This document shows positions 39,858 through 54,324 of a stretch of DNA of 64,000 bases, in pieces. The position numbers were made by a program, and so were the translations under genes. This DNA comes from Octopus vulgaris. Taxonomy: Eukaryota. The notes below the pieces were generated by a model. The model was not told the DNA's origin and did no database searches. It saw nothing but the letters and a program-made list of their open reading frames with translations. Each line of letters opens with the position of its first letter. The first letter of the stretch is position 1. The stretch lies in the NCBI GenBank assembly GCA_951406725.2, contig OX597817.1, positions 147,126,001 to 147,190,000 of the forward strand. The letters are read 5' to 3'.

Positions 39858-40462
39858 AAATAACAAAACAAAAACTTGTATAAATGTATATATACTTATA
39901 TGAGGAAAGAGCGAGAAAGAGAGAAACAGATGGAGAGAGAAAGGGAGAGAGAAGAGAGAGACAGAGAAGAGGGAGATAGAGAAGAGAGAGATATAGATAG
40001 AGAGAAAGAAACACAGAGAGAATGGGAGCTATGTGCATACACATATATGTAATGATTGAGATTTTAAATGCTTTTATATTTTATATCCGTATCCCAATAT
40101 ATCTGGGGCTTTCAGACAATTCTAAAACAACATTTGAACCGTATGTGTATTGCATGTCTCGATGCTGTAGTTTCATAATTCCCTGTTTTTGTATATCTGC
40201 ATTCTTGAACACTTACTGCACATGCACTTGTGTACACATACACCTACACGTATTTGTTCATGAATATACATGTACAGTTACATGCAGTTGTGTACATTGT
40301 ATTCGTATTTGGGCTTATTTCCGTGTATCTAACCATGCATGGGAACATGTCACCGCATATGAATATATATGCTCATAATAGAATTTTAACAAGAGTACAC
40401 GTCTAAAACTGAACGCGTGTGTGTTTAGTCACGTGTGTATGTATATTACAGTGAAGGTGGCA

Positions 40463-40926
40463 AGGCGGCGAACTGGCAGAAGCGTTAGCACGCCGGGCGA
40501 AATGCGTAGCCGTATTTCATCTGCCGTTACGTTCTGAGTTCAAATTCCGCCGAGGTCGACTTGCCTTCATCCTTTCGGGGTCGATTAAATAAGTACCAGT
40601 TATGCACTGGGGTCGATATAATCGACTTAATCGTTTATCTGTCCTTGTTTGTCCCCTCTGTGTTTAGCCCCTTGTGGGTAGTAAAGAAATAGGATTTCGT
40701 CTGTCGCTACGTTCTGAGTTCAAATTCCGCCGAGATCGACTTTGCCTTTCATCCTTTCGGGGTCGATAAATTAAATACCAGTTACGCACTGGAGTCGATA
40801 TAATCGACTTAATCCATTTGTCTGTCCTTGTTTGTCCTCTCTATGTTTAGCAACCTCGGCGGAATTTGAACTCAGAACGTAAAGACAGACGAAATACCCA
40901 TTTCTTTCCTACCCACAAGGGGCTAA
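40463..40926 (+). mobile_element. Family B SINE dimer plus an inverted junction fragment (40851-40926)
   Basis: Head at 40463, junction GAAATAGG|ATTTCG at about 40693, then a minus-strand piece with the same junction at about 40895. Confidence 0.9.
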
Positions 40927-40966
40927 CTCTCTCTCTTTCTTCCTCTCTCTCTCTCTCTCTCTCTCA

Positions 40967-41019
<53 letters not shown>

Positions 41020-41819
41020 TATATGTTATATATATCTTTAATTTACAAGGAAAGATCCAGAGAAACAGTTACCAGGGTAGCCAAATGTCACACAAATGCC
41101 TAAGAAATTAAGTAACCACGTTTGCATGAGTGATAATTACGAGAAGTGAGATGTGTTTTGGAGAACATAAGAGTAATGGAAAATGGAGACAAAATAACAT
41201 CTCGTGCGTTTGTCTCCATATATAATATATACATGCATACACATTTATATATACATATATACACAGACATCTTAATAGATATACACATATACATACATGG
41301 CGTTCAGTTTTAACAGACTTAAGATATAGCAACTATTATCCAAATTTCTCCTCCCTTTATTTGGTCAGTTAAGGCCTATTGATATTTAAAACACGTCGTC
41401 ATGTATGGACTCAGTTTTCTACTTCCTATAAATTATTGATCCTCTCTTATCCTTTCGTTCAAAAACCCTACTCTTTCCCTCACCCTCTAGTTGTCATGTA
41501 AAACTAATTCTAAAATAGCGGACATCTTTCCCTCTTTACACTGCGACGTTTGTTTCGTGTTAATCATCATAGAAGTCATCGGCTTCCAGAAATGTACCGA
41601 AACAGCTTTACTGTTGCCAGCGATTGTCTCGTTAACACACGCACACTCATACACAGACACGTGCACTTCCACACATCCACACACATATACGTACTTATGT
41701 TATACGTCGACGGACAGTTCAATGAAGGCAAGCAGGCCGGAACTTCGACTATAAAGTCCTTTAAGGTGGTGTCTCAGCATGGCCGCAGTCAAATGACTGA
41801 AACAATTAAAAGAATACTT

Positions 41820-41873
<54 letters not shown>

Positions 41874-41899
41874 ATTTATATATATGTATATATAATATA

Positions 41900-41970
<71 letters not shown>

Positions 41971-41974
41971 CATA

Positions 41975-42297
41975 TGCATACATGGGTATAGAACGTCATA
42001 GATCTTAAACAACGTGAAATACGAAATACGAAAACATGGAATATGAACTTTTATTGCGATCAACGAAAGAAACAAATGGAAAACAAGACAAGCAACATAA
42101 AGAACGACCCTTCATCAGTTGGCGGCTGTTTTTCTACTCCGTATTTCGAGCAATTCACGACAAGATACGCCGTTGACAAAACAATTGCTCCCGCAAAGGA
42201 ATTTAAATGAAATTTGTGATTTTGCGGAGGGTCAAAGTTGGTAACAAAAACAGGACAGTGAAAACAATCAGAAGGGCTTCTAGGCCAAACATATATG

Positions 42298-42300
<3 letters not shown>
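41975..42300 (-). mobile_element. (TA)n-embedded module, family D
   Basis: Homologous to 35540-35830; flanked by (TA)n on both sides. Confidence 0.7.
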
Positions 42301-42337
<37 letters not shown>

Positions 42338-42550
42338 TTGATCTCTTACAGTCAAGAGTCGCAGATAATGCAGTTTCACAGCAGGATGTGCAAATGGGGG
42401 CAGCGCCGTCAAACTCCCTCAAGCACCAAATGTCAAGTCATTAATTAGCGAAGTAAAACGTATGTACCAACAATAAATGGTAGTGTCCCAGCATGACCGC
42501 AACTCGTGAGTTGAAACTGGCTCAATTTATATATATATATATATATATAT

Positions 42551-42632
<82 letters not shown>

Positions 42633-42969
42633 ATATAAATGTGTATATATATATAAAACCAAATGAGTAAAGACTAACACCCGTAAGAGAGAATTTATCA
42701 ATATTTATCAATTCTTTATTATCTTCAGGTAAGCAAAGCTTCACACTCATAAGAATGAATATATACGTATGACTGAAACAAAACAAAACCAAGAGAAAAA
42801 AATCATGGCGACTAACCAGCAGGCTTACAACAAATGAAATTGGTTTGATAATGAAATTAACTTCGTAATAAGCATATGGTTTTCTGTCTCCTAAACAGAA
42901 AGTATAAACATTTCGTGTCTGAATGAGATTGACAAAAAAAAAAAAAAAAAAAGAAAACAGCGCAAATAT

Positions 42970-43366
42970 AGGCGTAGGAGTGGTTGTGTGGTAAGTAGCT
43001 TGCTTACGAACCACATGGTTCCGGGTTCAGTCCCACTGCATAGCACCTTGGGCAAATGTCTTCTACTATAGCTTCGGGCCGACCAAAGCCTTGTGGGTGG
43101 ATTTGGTAGACGGAAACTGAAAGAAGCCTGCCGTGTATATGTATATATATGTATGTGTGTGTATATGTTTGTGTGCCTGTGTTTGTGCCCCCAACATCGC
43201 TTGACAAACGATGCTGGTGTGTTTACGTCCCCGCAACTTAGAGGTTCGGCAAAAAAGACTGATAGAATAAGTACCAGACTTACAAAGAATATGTCCTGGG
43301 GTCGATTTGTTTGAGTAAAGGCGGTATTCCAGCATGGCCACAGCCAAATAACTGAAACAATTAAAA
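42970..43366 (+). mobile_element. Family A SINE
   Basis: Full head-core-tail match. Confidence 0.92.
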
Positions 43367-43740
43367 CACGCGATCTGTTAAGCAGATACGCAGCAAACTA
43401 AAAACACGTCGAATTTCCTTCAAACTAATTCACGGTCATTTTGAAATACTTCGATATATTTACTCTTCAAATGTTGGTCAAACACAGCAACAAAGGCTAG
43501 AAAAATCATGAACAGCAACAACAACAACAGGAGGAGCCGCTCCTAAGTTCCAGCATAGTAGCTGATTTGCTGAACGATAATATCTCTTCACATCTCTCTC
43601 ACTCGCCACTCACAGCAGCCATCAAAATCATCATCATCATCATCATCATAACCACCACCGCTGCTACCATCGTCTTCTACCACCACAAATACTAAAAATA
43701 ATCTATGAAGAGGAATATGTCCACCATGACTCTAACAATA

Positions 43741-44240
43741 AAGCCCCCAAAATGCCGTTATTCTCTACGTTACAGGCTGTGCACACGTAATGACTGCATC
43801 TTCACAAATCTACTTGGCACTAGAAGCACAATCCAGGCAAACTCTACCAACCAAGGCCAAAGCACGCATCCCACAATAACATCAACATCAACACCACCGA
43901 ATAGTAAATTGAACATTAAAACACGCATAACCCACAATCCGCCGGTATTCTCAGCGAAAAAGGCTATGTCTGTTGCATGACTGTTCCTTCACTCATCGTC
44001 CAGGGACCCGACGCACTAACAGAAATGGGGCTCCAAGCCAACACACAAACCACAATAAAAACATCCCCTAGTCCAGTCTTTACACGAAGACACGGAAACA
44101 AAAACAACAACAACAAAAACCACCACAAAACAGGAACCGACAACCCTATCCAACAGTGCAACCACACTTCCAGTCAAAAACTGTTCTCTAAGCAGGAAAA
44201 TTCTTCTTTTTTAGCCATGTTGAACCTGACAAGATAAATA
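43741..44240 (+). pseudogene. Decayed ORF with two CCCH-type zinc-finger-like repeats (probable LINE ORF1 remnant)
   Basis: KPPKCRYSLRYRLCTRNDCIFTNLLGTRS (43741-43827) and PTIRRYSQRKRLCLLHDCSFTHRPGTRR (43931-44014) align as C-x8-C-x4-C-x3-H with one ligand mutated in each. They lie in different frames. Confidence 0.5.
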
Positions 44241-44499
44241 CAAAAGAAACCTTTTAGCAATCAATCAATACCATCCTATGCTATTACCCCAGTGCACCAA
44301 CTCCCCAGACTGCTGTCGCTAACACACAATCATAAACAAAGCCCCCTGCAACAGTCAAGACCTGGTGCTACGCTAGCTTCTACATCCCTTTCTTCATTTT
44401 TTCCACACCACATCCCTTTCTTCATTTTTTCCCGAGACCCACCTTCACAACTCCCATTTCCTACATGATTCCTTTTCGGCAGATGGAAATATGACATTC

Positions 44500-44550
<51 letters not shown>

Positions 44551-44551
44551 C

Positions 44552-44586
<35 letters not shown>

Positions 44587-44589
44587 AAC

Positions 44590-44728
<139 letters not shown>

Positions 44729-44781
44729 GTATATATATATATATGTATATATATATATGTATATTTATATATATATATATA

Positions 44782-44993
44782 AAGTTAATCCAAACAAGAA
44801 AACACAAAAAAACACAACAACGCGAGTACGTGGAACAAATATAGTATTATTGGACGCTCGAGAAAAAATGAAAGAAGGAGGGTTTAACGTTTCGAGCGGA
44901 GCTCTTCGTCGGAAACATGGGAGAAGGAAAGATCCAGAGAAGGGAAGACAGAGGAAAAAAATCGCCAACGGTACACACGAGGTCACATTTTGA
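44782..44993 (-). mobile_element. Penelope-like terminal module in (TA)n with minimal hammerhead-like motif (44882-44916)
   Basis: Minus strand: GTTT-CCGACGA-A-GAGC-TCC-GCTC-GAAA-CGT-T-AAAC. Confidence 0.6.
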
Positions 44994-45808
44994 AATATAT
45001 ATATATATATACATATATATCTATATCTATATATATTATATATATATATACATACATATATATATACATCAATACTTACACACACACACACACAAACACA
45101 CATACACGCATACACCCATATGAAGCGCCTCAAACGGAGAATCCCTGGAATGTATCTGAAGAATGTGAATCAGTGTATTCTTCTTATTTGATATTCTGGA
45201 AATTTCCCTTTTGTGTGAAGCGGAAATATAAACCCAAGGGTTAACTTTCAACAAAGAAAATAAAAAAAAAAGAAAACCCGATGGATGCAGATAATTTCAG
45301 GAAAGTAAAAAAGTTCCTCAGATAAAGTCAAATATGAAAAAAAAACAGACTGTAATTGCTTGGTAGACATAAGTCAAACATGGCCATGAGTGTTAGTTTA
45401 TTTTATTTCTTCAACACTGTATAGCTTAACCGACGACGCATACATTCACAGACACACAGACACACTTATAGAGTCACACACACACAAAAAAATCACCCAT
45501 ATATACATATATGTATCATATACATGACATATATTATATGTATATATATATATGTTTATACTTATGGACATATAGAAATATGTTTTATTGTATTATATAT
45601 ATTTTATATATAATTTGTCATAAATTATTTATTATATATTTATTTACTTCAGTCAACTTACAGTATAAATTGACTCCTATGTATTTACCTACATTATGCA
45701 TACATACATACATACATACATACATACAAACATACATGCATACATACATACATACATACTTTGAGACATAGACACTTATAAAAACACACAAATATGTATG
45801 TATATATA

Positions 45809-45886
<78 letters not shown>

Positions 45887-46956
45887 TATATTTATATACA
45901 TACACACATATGTGGATACATATAAGGATATATAAACGTATATATTGCGATTCATATGCACAGTATAGGTAAATATCTGAAAGTCGTTTGATAAAGTAAT
46001 GATGGCTAGACTAACCAAAGAGAAAATAAATAGCGATGAATAACACAATAATGGCTGCCAAGGCAAAGAAGATAAGTGAGGTGTGGGGGTAGAAGTGGGG
46101 GAAGGGTTGAAGATTATGAATATGTCGGAAAAGATAATACGGAAGTGAGGGAGGGGAAGATAAGCTTGATTAGAGTATATTGAGGAAGGAAGAAATCTAG
46201 GAAAGGAGGACAATGGCTAATTTAAAGCTGGAAATTGTTCGAAAGACATTGAGGAATAACAAGCGAGATACAGTTAGAGATTTTATGGAGAGTGGAGAAC
46301 AGTGAATAATATTTGCAGGAAACAAAACGGAACTTCGGGATTCAGTTGGGATGACTGCGATAGTAATAATACACAATAGGAGCTGTAGAAGTATGAGATG
46401 GACGCAAATGAAGGGGACGAGGCTGTAGAAGAAACAGAGAAAGAGAGAGAGAGAGAGAGAGATTTATAAGTTAAATAGATAAAGAGATAGCGGTAGAGTT
46501 AGAAAAAGATATATGGAGAGCGAAAGAGAGCAGTTGAGAGAAAGAGAGAGAGAGAGAGAGGAAAAGATGGAGAGATAGATAGTTAGAAAGATAGATAGAT
46601 AAATAAATAGATAGAAAAACAGAAAAGGAGAAAGTGGATGCGTTGGTATATTGAATACTGGTGAGTTAACGAACCATTACCCAGAGACTAACGTTGCACA
46701 CGAACCAAGAAATTGATAATAAATGCATCTGCGTCGGTTTTAAGCATAGACAGATAATAAATACGCTGGCGAATCGAATGATGTTCAACAGGGGCGAAGG
46801 CAAGGAAAATAATACTGAAGCAGCTCACTCGACCGATCAGATGATGAAAGGAAGAAAATCGGAGTGTTAAGGAAAGTTAGCGGAAGACGAGGGCAGGCGC
46901 GGGAATGGCATGCATACATACGTACATGTATGTATGTATTTGTGTTTGTGTGTCTG

Positions 46957-47023
<67 letters not shown>

Positions 47024-48284
47024 TTGTAGCTGTGGTAGACTGCGTATGCCTTTGTGGATGTTTAGGTGGAAAGTAAAAATGAGTGAAAGACGCACGGGGA
47101 AAAGAGAGAGGGAAGCAAAACTGTAAAAGGAAGCGATAAAAAGAGAAAGACAAAGAGAGGCGATGGCGAGGGAAAGAGGGACAGAGAGAATGAGAGAATG
47201 AACGGGAGAGAGAGAAAGGAGGGGTAGAGAGAGAGAGAGAGAGAGAAGGTAGTGAGGAGGGGTAGAGAGAGAGAGAGAGAACCTTCAAGGAAATAAGAAC
47301 AACATGGCAAAAGAAGAAGCAGACGTTTTGTGAATAAATCGGAAATAATTATTGCTGTTTCATTTGGTAGAATCTGACGTAAGTCTAAATGAGCCGATTA
47401 AGGTTTGGAAACAATAAATATTAAGCGAATGATTTGATGAGATCACTATAATACGGTGTACAGTATTAATATCAAATAATAGGATAGAATACAATATCAA
47501 GTAATGCAACAAAGTGTAATTCAATGTAAAGAAATACTAGGGACGGTTGCAAGATAATTAGAAAAACGCTTCTCTTTGTTGCATTTGAAAATTCGCTGCC
47601 AACTACATCAGAGAGAAAGATAGAGATAGACGGATAGATAAATAGAGAGAAAGAGAATGGAATAGAGAGAGATGACGAGAGAAAGAGAGAGAGAGCGAGA
47701 GAGAGAGAGAGATGAGTGAGAAGCGGACACAGAGAGAGGGAAGCAAAGAGAGATGCGACCTAGATCAATATGTATGTACATTAAGGCACAAACATATATT
47801 TACATAGAAAGATATATTTCATAGTTATTTATTGTTTTTATTTTTGCAGTTTTCTCTGCGTAATATAATAAATTGTTGTTAAAGAGAGATAAAAACTAAC
47901 AAACAAACATATTAATGAATAAATTAAGTTGAATACAAGTATTAATGAAGAAAATCAAATTGTTTATCGGTTGCAAGGGTCTGGTAATAACTCAAGTTTA
48001 TTACTGTGGTAAGCTTTGGAGAATGATAAAAGTATAAAGTTTTGCTCAGATAAACATTCATCTCTTCGAAAACATTCGCCACGGTTCCATGAAGAATGGT
48101 TAAAGAACTGAAACACAAATATTTATGAAACAGTCAATGTTATAGCTTACACTTCGTGGGATCTTTTGGTCGAGTTGTTAACGTGTCGAGCAGAGCACTT
48201 TCAATATTAACTCCAGATTTTGACAGCTTCAGTTCAAATCCTATCATGATCAAGTTTTTTTTGTCCTTTATAATGTTTATAATA

Positions 48285-48537
48285 AAGTGCTTCTCAGCCG
48301 GGATCTATATGGCCTTTGGGTGTCCGTATAAGATTTTATTGTTAGAATTCACCTGTAAGACATTGGCTATTCTCCTGCAAAACACAAAGTATTTTAAATT
48401 CTTTTATATAATTCCTGATAATATATGATTGTAAAAATATAATGAATTCTTTTAAACATCGAGTGGCTAGGAGCGTCCATTGGAGTAAAATAGGAATTAA
48501 AGGAGACCATACGTAAAAAAATAGTTGAGAGCCACTG
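48285..48537. mobile_element. hAT-type MITE, degraded relative of 54984-55337
   Basis: AGTGCTTCTCAGCCGGGATCTATATGGCC...GTCCGTATAAG ... TTGAGAGCCACTG. Confidence 0.65.
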
Positions 48538-48959
48538 CCTTAGATGAAATAAACTACTAGGGCCAATTTAATCGACTAATACCATTGTCACTAATTTCAG
48601 GCTCTGTACCTGTGTTAGAAGCTAAACTTGTATTCTTCATGATATATAGTGTATACAATACACATCTGTAAGTAAAATGCATAAATTAATAGATATAGAT
48701 AAAATTACATGTCTATGGCTGTGTGGTTAAGACGCCAACTTGGCAACCACATAGTTTCGGTTTCAATTGTACAATGAACGTCTTTATTTGAAATCACTAC
48801 AATAGTTTCGACACATTTTTATACTTGTTATTTTTATACATTGATGAGATGTTGTGTAATCATTATCATCCACAGGCGTAAAAGACGCCCCCTCGGGTGA
48901 TTGTTTAAATAAGTCGTCCTTCACTATCGACACATCACTTTGGGTATGCATCCTCATAC

Positions 48960-49195
48960 TGAGTGAAATGACGGTAAGATCTAACAATCATGAGGTCATG
49001 AGTTCGATTCGCGGCAGCGTATTGTGTCCTTGAGGAAGGCACTTTATTTCACGCTTCTCTAGCTCATTCAGCTGGTAAAAGTCAGCTGTACCTATAGAGA
49101 ACTACATTAAGGATACGCGTGATTGTGGGGTCGTCAGCCACTTCACAAGCAAGCTATTTGGCTAATCAAATTAACAGACCATTCGTCGTCGTGGG
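48960..49195 (+). mobile_element. Old SINE with tRNA-like head and tail related to family C type 1
   Basis: GAGTTCGATTCGCGG..CGTATTGTGTCCTTGAGGAAGGCACTT; tail similar to 14385-14457. Confidence 0.55.
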
Positions 49196-49576
49196 AAAGA
49201 AGAAGAATCAAGAATTGGTCTCAATGTAATTAACTAACAACTTCACATCCATACTGCTGGCCCCGAGCTTCGATCAGAAGCAATTATTTCGTTACGTCCA
49301 TTAAGATTTTAAGTATATATTGTACATAGATCGAATTTGCCCTTCATCGAATCAGGGCCAAGGATATAAATACCAGTCAATTTAGTGGAAATCGATTTGA
49401 TCGAATATATTTTGCGCTTTTATATATTTCTGGTTCTGTGTCAATATAAAACAAAATCAATATGAACACCAACCAATGTCTTAAAATAACCAGAGTAGAG
49501 GCACGATCTAATTTGGTAAAAACGATTAAATAACATTAGAAATAAATCAACAACAACGACGACGACGACGACGACG

Positions 49577-49610
<34 letters not shown>

Positions 49611-49842
49611 AACAACAAAGTTGATGTCAAAGAAATTTGCAAACAAATCGTACGAAAAGTAGAAAGCGATAGAACAAAAAAACGGAAATAAAGAAATCAA
49701 AATCGAAAGAAACATTTTTTCGAATTAAAAACATAAAATCGAATGATAATAGTAATTAAATTATGACAAGAAATCCTGATTGCTACAGCGATTTCCTTTT
49801 TAAAAATATTAAAAAAAGAAATATGTATGCATTTATATGTGC

Positions 49843-50265
49843 GTATGTATGTATGTATGTATGTATGTATGTATGTATGTATGTATGTATGTATGTATGT
49901 ATGCATGTATGTATGTATGTGTGTGTGTATGTATGTGCGTGTGTATGTATGTATGTATGTATGTGTGTGTGTATGTATGTATGTATGTATGTATGTGTGT
50001 ATGTATGTATGTTTGTATGTACGTGTGTATGTATGTATCTATATATGTATGTTTGTGTGTATATATGTATGTATATGTGTATGTATGTATGTATGTATGC
50101 ATGTATGTATGTATGTGCGTGTGTATGTATGTATGTATGTATGTGTGTGTGTATGTATGTATGTATGTATGTATGTGTGTATGTATGTATGTTTGTATGT
50201 ACGTGTGTATGTATGTATCTATGTATGTGTGTATGCATGCATGTATGTATGTATATATGTGTATG
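49843..50265. repeat. (TATG)n/(TG)n microsatellite with internal 180-bp-period duplication
   Basis: 49927-50042 is repeated at 50107-50222, including the rare variants GTGCGT, GTTTGT and ACGTG. Confidence 0.9.
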
Positions 50266-51435
50266 TATTCACCAACACGCATATGTATACACACATATAT
50301 ACATACACAAACATACATATCTATATCTATATATATTTAATATGTGTATCTATGTTTTATAAACACACACACGCATACACACATATATTTACATATAAAA
50401 TGCTGTCTGTAACTGTCTGTCTATCTTTCTGTCTGTCTCTCTATGTATAAATAAATAAATAGATATTCATACATTCACACAAAAGACGCACACACACGCA
50501 CACACAAACACACACATATAGAAAGATACAGATAAATTGTTTTATATGTATATATATAATAGATTGTTCTCTCTCTCTCTCTCCCTCTCTTTCTCTCTTC
50601 TCTAGCCCGATAACTACATATCCACACGCACACACACATATAGACATATACACATACACACACACACGCACACACAAACAAAAACACACGTACAAGCAAA
50701 CATACACGTACACATAGAAGGATACGTATAGGTATGATTTGTGACAGCGAAGTTAGCCACAAACAAGAAACAGTCAGTCATAAAACATGGAGTAAAGACT
50801 TCGAATAATGGTTTAACGGAGAAATCTCTTAAAATTAACTTTTATGGAAATGTAGACTGATTAAAGAATTTCGGAAGTCCACAGCGTAAACATGAAAATA
50901 ACAAACAAAAGCAGAAATAAAAAGAGAACACAAGAGAAAGTAGAAATTTGTTATTGGTTCAAATCTGCTTGTGTCATATTTGGACTAGTAAGAAATCCAT
51001 TCACTGTTTTGTCAGTTCACTGCGTCTGCCTTTCCGGCGTCTGCTGCTGAGGAGGAGGTAACAACCACGAAATACATCCAACGGTCAGGTCAGGAGGCGC
51101 TGTAGGCTGACACAATGTATTGACTCGGTGTATTTACATTTATCTGTCTACAGCACGAAATTTTCTCTATGACAGAACATAGCGAATGGCTTCCTTTCGG
51201 TTTCCAACATACCTCGAGCATATTTGAACTGGTTACTAGTTGGTATTTATACACCTCACTGATTAGCGCTGTCATCCAGTATAGAAAGTAGTTTGAAAAT
51301 AGTGGTGGGTAGAACACGTGTTAGGAAGGCCACTTAACAATTAAAAGAAGTAGAAAACATACTTGTATCAATTTAGGCACGCGGACAGCCATTTGGAAGA
51401 CAAGACTATTTATTCCAGTATTTCCCTCTCTGTAT

Positions 51436-51886
51436 TTTACTCTTTTACTTGTTTCAGTCATTTGACTGTGGCCATGCTGGAACACCGCCTTTAATCGAGC
51501 AAATCGACCCCAGGACTTATTCTTTGTAAGCCTAGTACTTATTCTATCAGTCTCTTTTTCCGAACCGCTAACTTACGGGAACGTAAACATACCAGCATCG
51601 GTTGTCAAGCAATGTTGGGGGGACAAACACAGGCACACAAACATATACACACACACATAGATATATATACATTTTGTTCGAATTAAAAACATAAAATCGA
51701 ATGATAATAGTAATTAAATTATGACAGGAAATCCTGATTGCTACAGCGACGGGCTTCTTTCAGTTTCCATCTACCAAATCCACTCACAAGGCTTTGGTCG
51801 GCCCGAGGCTATAGTAGAAGACACTTGCTCAACGTGCCACGCAGTGGGAATGAACCCAGAACCATGTGGTTGGTAAGCAAGCTACT
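51436..51886 (-). mobile_element. Family A SINE carrying an about 80-bp insertion copied from 49712-49791
   Basis: SINE consensus is interrupted at 51669-51749 by TTCGAATTAAAAACATAAAATCGAATG...GATTGCTACAGCGA. Confidence 0.9.
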
Positions 51887-52029
51887 TAAAACACATTATG
51901 TAGCTGATATCGAAAATATGAAAGGCAAATTGGACCTTTACGTGATTTGAACTTAGAACGTAAATAGTTGGAAAAAATACTGAGGTAATGATTTTGCTAA
52001 TCCGGAACTATGGAATTATAATAGTTTCT

Positions 52030-52850
52030 GGCTTAAGCACAAGGCCAGCAACTTTGAGGGAGAGGGGTTTAGTCAACATCATGGACCTCTGCACTTGAGT
52101 GGTGCTGAGGGTTAGGGCGGGGTGGTGGATGAATGACAAAGCTCATTAACATCGGCGGACTTCGAACTCAGAGGCGGATCAAATATTAGGCCACCAATTT
52201 GGGGGAGGGGAGGAGATATGTCGAGCATTAGGGTCGATGTAATCGACTGACGACTTCCCCCAGAAATTACTGGCCTTGTGCCAAAATGTGAAACCAATAT
52301 CAGATAAAGACTTGAAGGCGGAATCGGTAAAGAGTTGGAAAAGTGTCTGGAACATTTGTTCTGTCTTCTCATGTTCTAAGTTCAAATCCAGCTGAGGTCA
52401 GTCTTGCCTTCCAACCTTCCGTGGTCGATGAAATAAAGTACTGAAATCGATATGATCAACCAATTCTCTCCTCTAAAATCTTCCTGGCCTTGCATCTAAA
52501 TCAGAAATCATTATCCTAGTTATTTGCGGTCTGAGTTCAAATCCCGCCTAGCTCGATAAAATAAATTACCAATCAGATACTAAGGTCGCTAGTTTCGATT
52601 AAATCCTCTCACACAAAACTTCTGTTTCGCGCCGAAATTAGAAAGTCATTGGATGAAGAGTCGTATGATTTCTGACGACAAAGAGGCGTAATAAGAACTA
52701 TATCATCCCTTTCACTAAAGGGAAGACAGTTTCAGAGGAATTGAATAATTTCAAAGGCATTGAGTTTGTCGATTAAATCGACCAGTGACCGACATGTACT
52801 TATTTTATCGAGTCCGATTTGATGAAAAGCAAAGTCAAACTCGGAATCTT
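52030..52850. mobile_element. Cluster of old, diverged family B-related SINE fragments
   Basis: Recurrent GAGTTCAAATCC, GGTCGAT, AAATT.CTGGCCTTGTGCC motifs in both orientations. Confidence 0.55.
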
Positions 52851-53014
52851 GGGGTTAGTAACCCGTGCTCTTAACCACAAAAAACCATACGCCCATGAAG
52901 GTTGGAGGGTATATCAGCCGAAACGTTGTGTTAACAACAAACAAAATGAGGACAAATATCCGTCGAATGTAAATAATGAAATAATGTACATAATTCCTCA
53001 TCTCTTAAATATAG

Positions 53015-53480
53015 AAATGTGCAGATTAGTTACGGTTCAGTTCAGTCCATTATTATTGAGTATTCGGGTATGAGATACGTGTCTGCCAAGTTTGTGCCAA
53101 GACTGCTTTCAGGTGACCAAAAGGACACTCGGGTTTCTGTTGCACAAGATCTCATTGATTATGTTGAGAACGATGAACGACCTTTTGAGAACGACTGTTT
53201 GAAGACTTTGCGTAGGCCTCTAAGCAGGTATCGCTAAGCTTTTGGCACAATTTGGTGCAGATTCTCTGTTCAGCTTTCTCTATCATGGTCAATGCGACGA
53301 TCACACGCTACACACCTTCCTTCCAAGCTCTGTTGTAACCAGCGGAAGTGACCAAGAACGTTTAAACTTAGTGCACATACACAAAATTAAGGTCAATCTG
53401 TGCCCAGCGACTTCACTCTACGTGCTTTTAGCTTCGTTACTATGGCAGTAATCCGGATACTTAATGATCCGACTAGGTAT
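53015..53480. pseudogene. Rearranged mariner remnant (transposase fragment on + strand, inverted N-terminus and TIR on - strand)
   Basis: + strand: QISYGSVQSII..GMRYVSAKFVPRLLSGDQK (WVPHEL-equivalent). - strand: EQRICTKLCQKLSDTCLEAYAK. TIR-like GATCATTAAGTATCCGGA near 53450-53470. Confidence 0.8.
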
Positions 53481-53733
53481 ATGTATGTGTTTGTGTTTTT
53501 GTGTGTGTGTGTCTACGTTTATCCTCACACCCATCGCTTGGCAACCGATGTTCTTATGTTTAGGACCCCTTAACTGTGCGATTCGGCAAAAGAGACCGAT
53601 AGAATAAGTACTTGCAAAGAATAAAGCTTTCAAAGAATAAGTCATGGGGTCGATTTGTTCGATTAAATGCGGTGCTCCAGCACGGCCGCAGTCAAAATGA
53701 CTGAAACAAGAAAAAGAATAAAAGAATAAAAGA
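53481..53733 (+). mobile_element. Family A SINE, 3' half
   Basis: CATCGCTTGGCAACCGATG...GAGACCGATAGAATAAGTAC...GACTGAAACAAG. Confidence 0.85.
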
Positions 53734-54196
53734 ACTAGAACGACAGTGGAACATTGCAGAATGAAATTAAACTAAAATGACTTGGAAGCAAAATAACCGA
53801 ATAAATAAATTAAGCCAACGAAATAAAATAAAGAAAAAAAAAACAACCCGCCACTCCGAAACCACATTAAATGATCTGCAAAATAGTGACGAAAGTGGGA
53901 TGCAACAAAATATGAGGAATATTTTAGGGGGTAGCTGGCTGTGAGGTAAGAGTTAGAATGGAGGTGGAGGAAATGACGAAATAAATTAGTGTAGAGTGGT
54001 ATATAGGGAAAAGGAAATTTGAATAATGTTATAACGATTGCGCATATAGGGAGTGTATTTATAGAAGGAGTAAGAAGTGTGTTTAAAGAATGATTGAAAA
54101 AGAGTTGCCATAGGAAGTATCGAAGGAATTTTTACAGAAAAGGGGTCAGTTGTTGAAACTAAGAATATGTCATACATACATAAATACATACATACG

Positions 54197-54259
<63 letters not shown>

Positions 54260-54324
54260 TAAAACGGTAAGATAACAAAAGAAAGAAAGAGACCTCAATA
54301 TTATGTAAATAGAGGAAATTTATC

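Noticed and set aside
43500-43700. Poly-Gln/poly-His stretch suggesting a transcription-factor exon
   Set aside because: Frames close quickly with stops and shifts; no DNA-binding domain found nearby.
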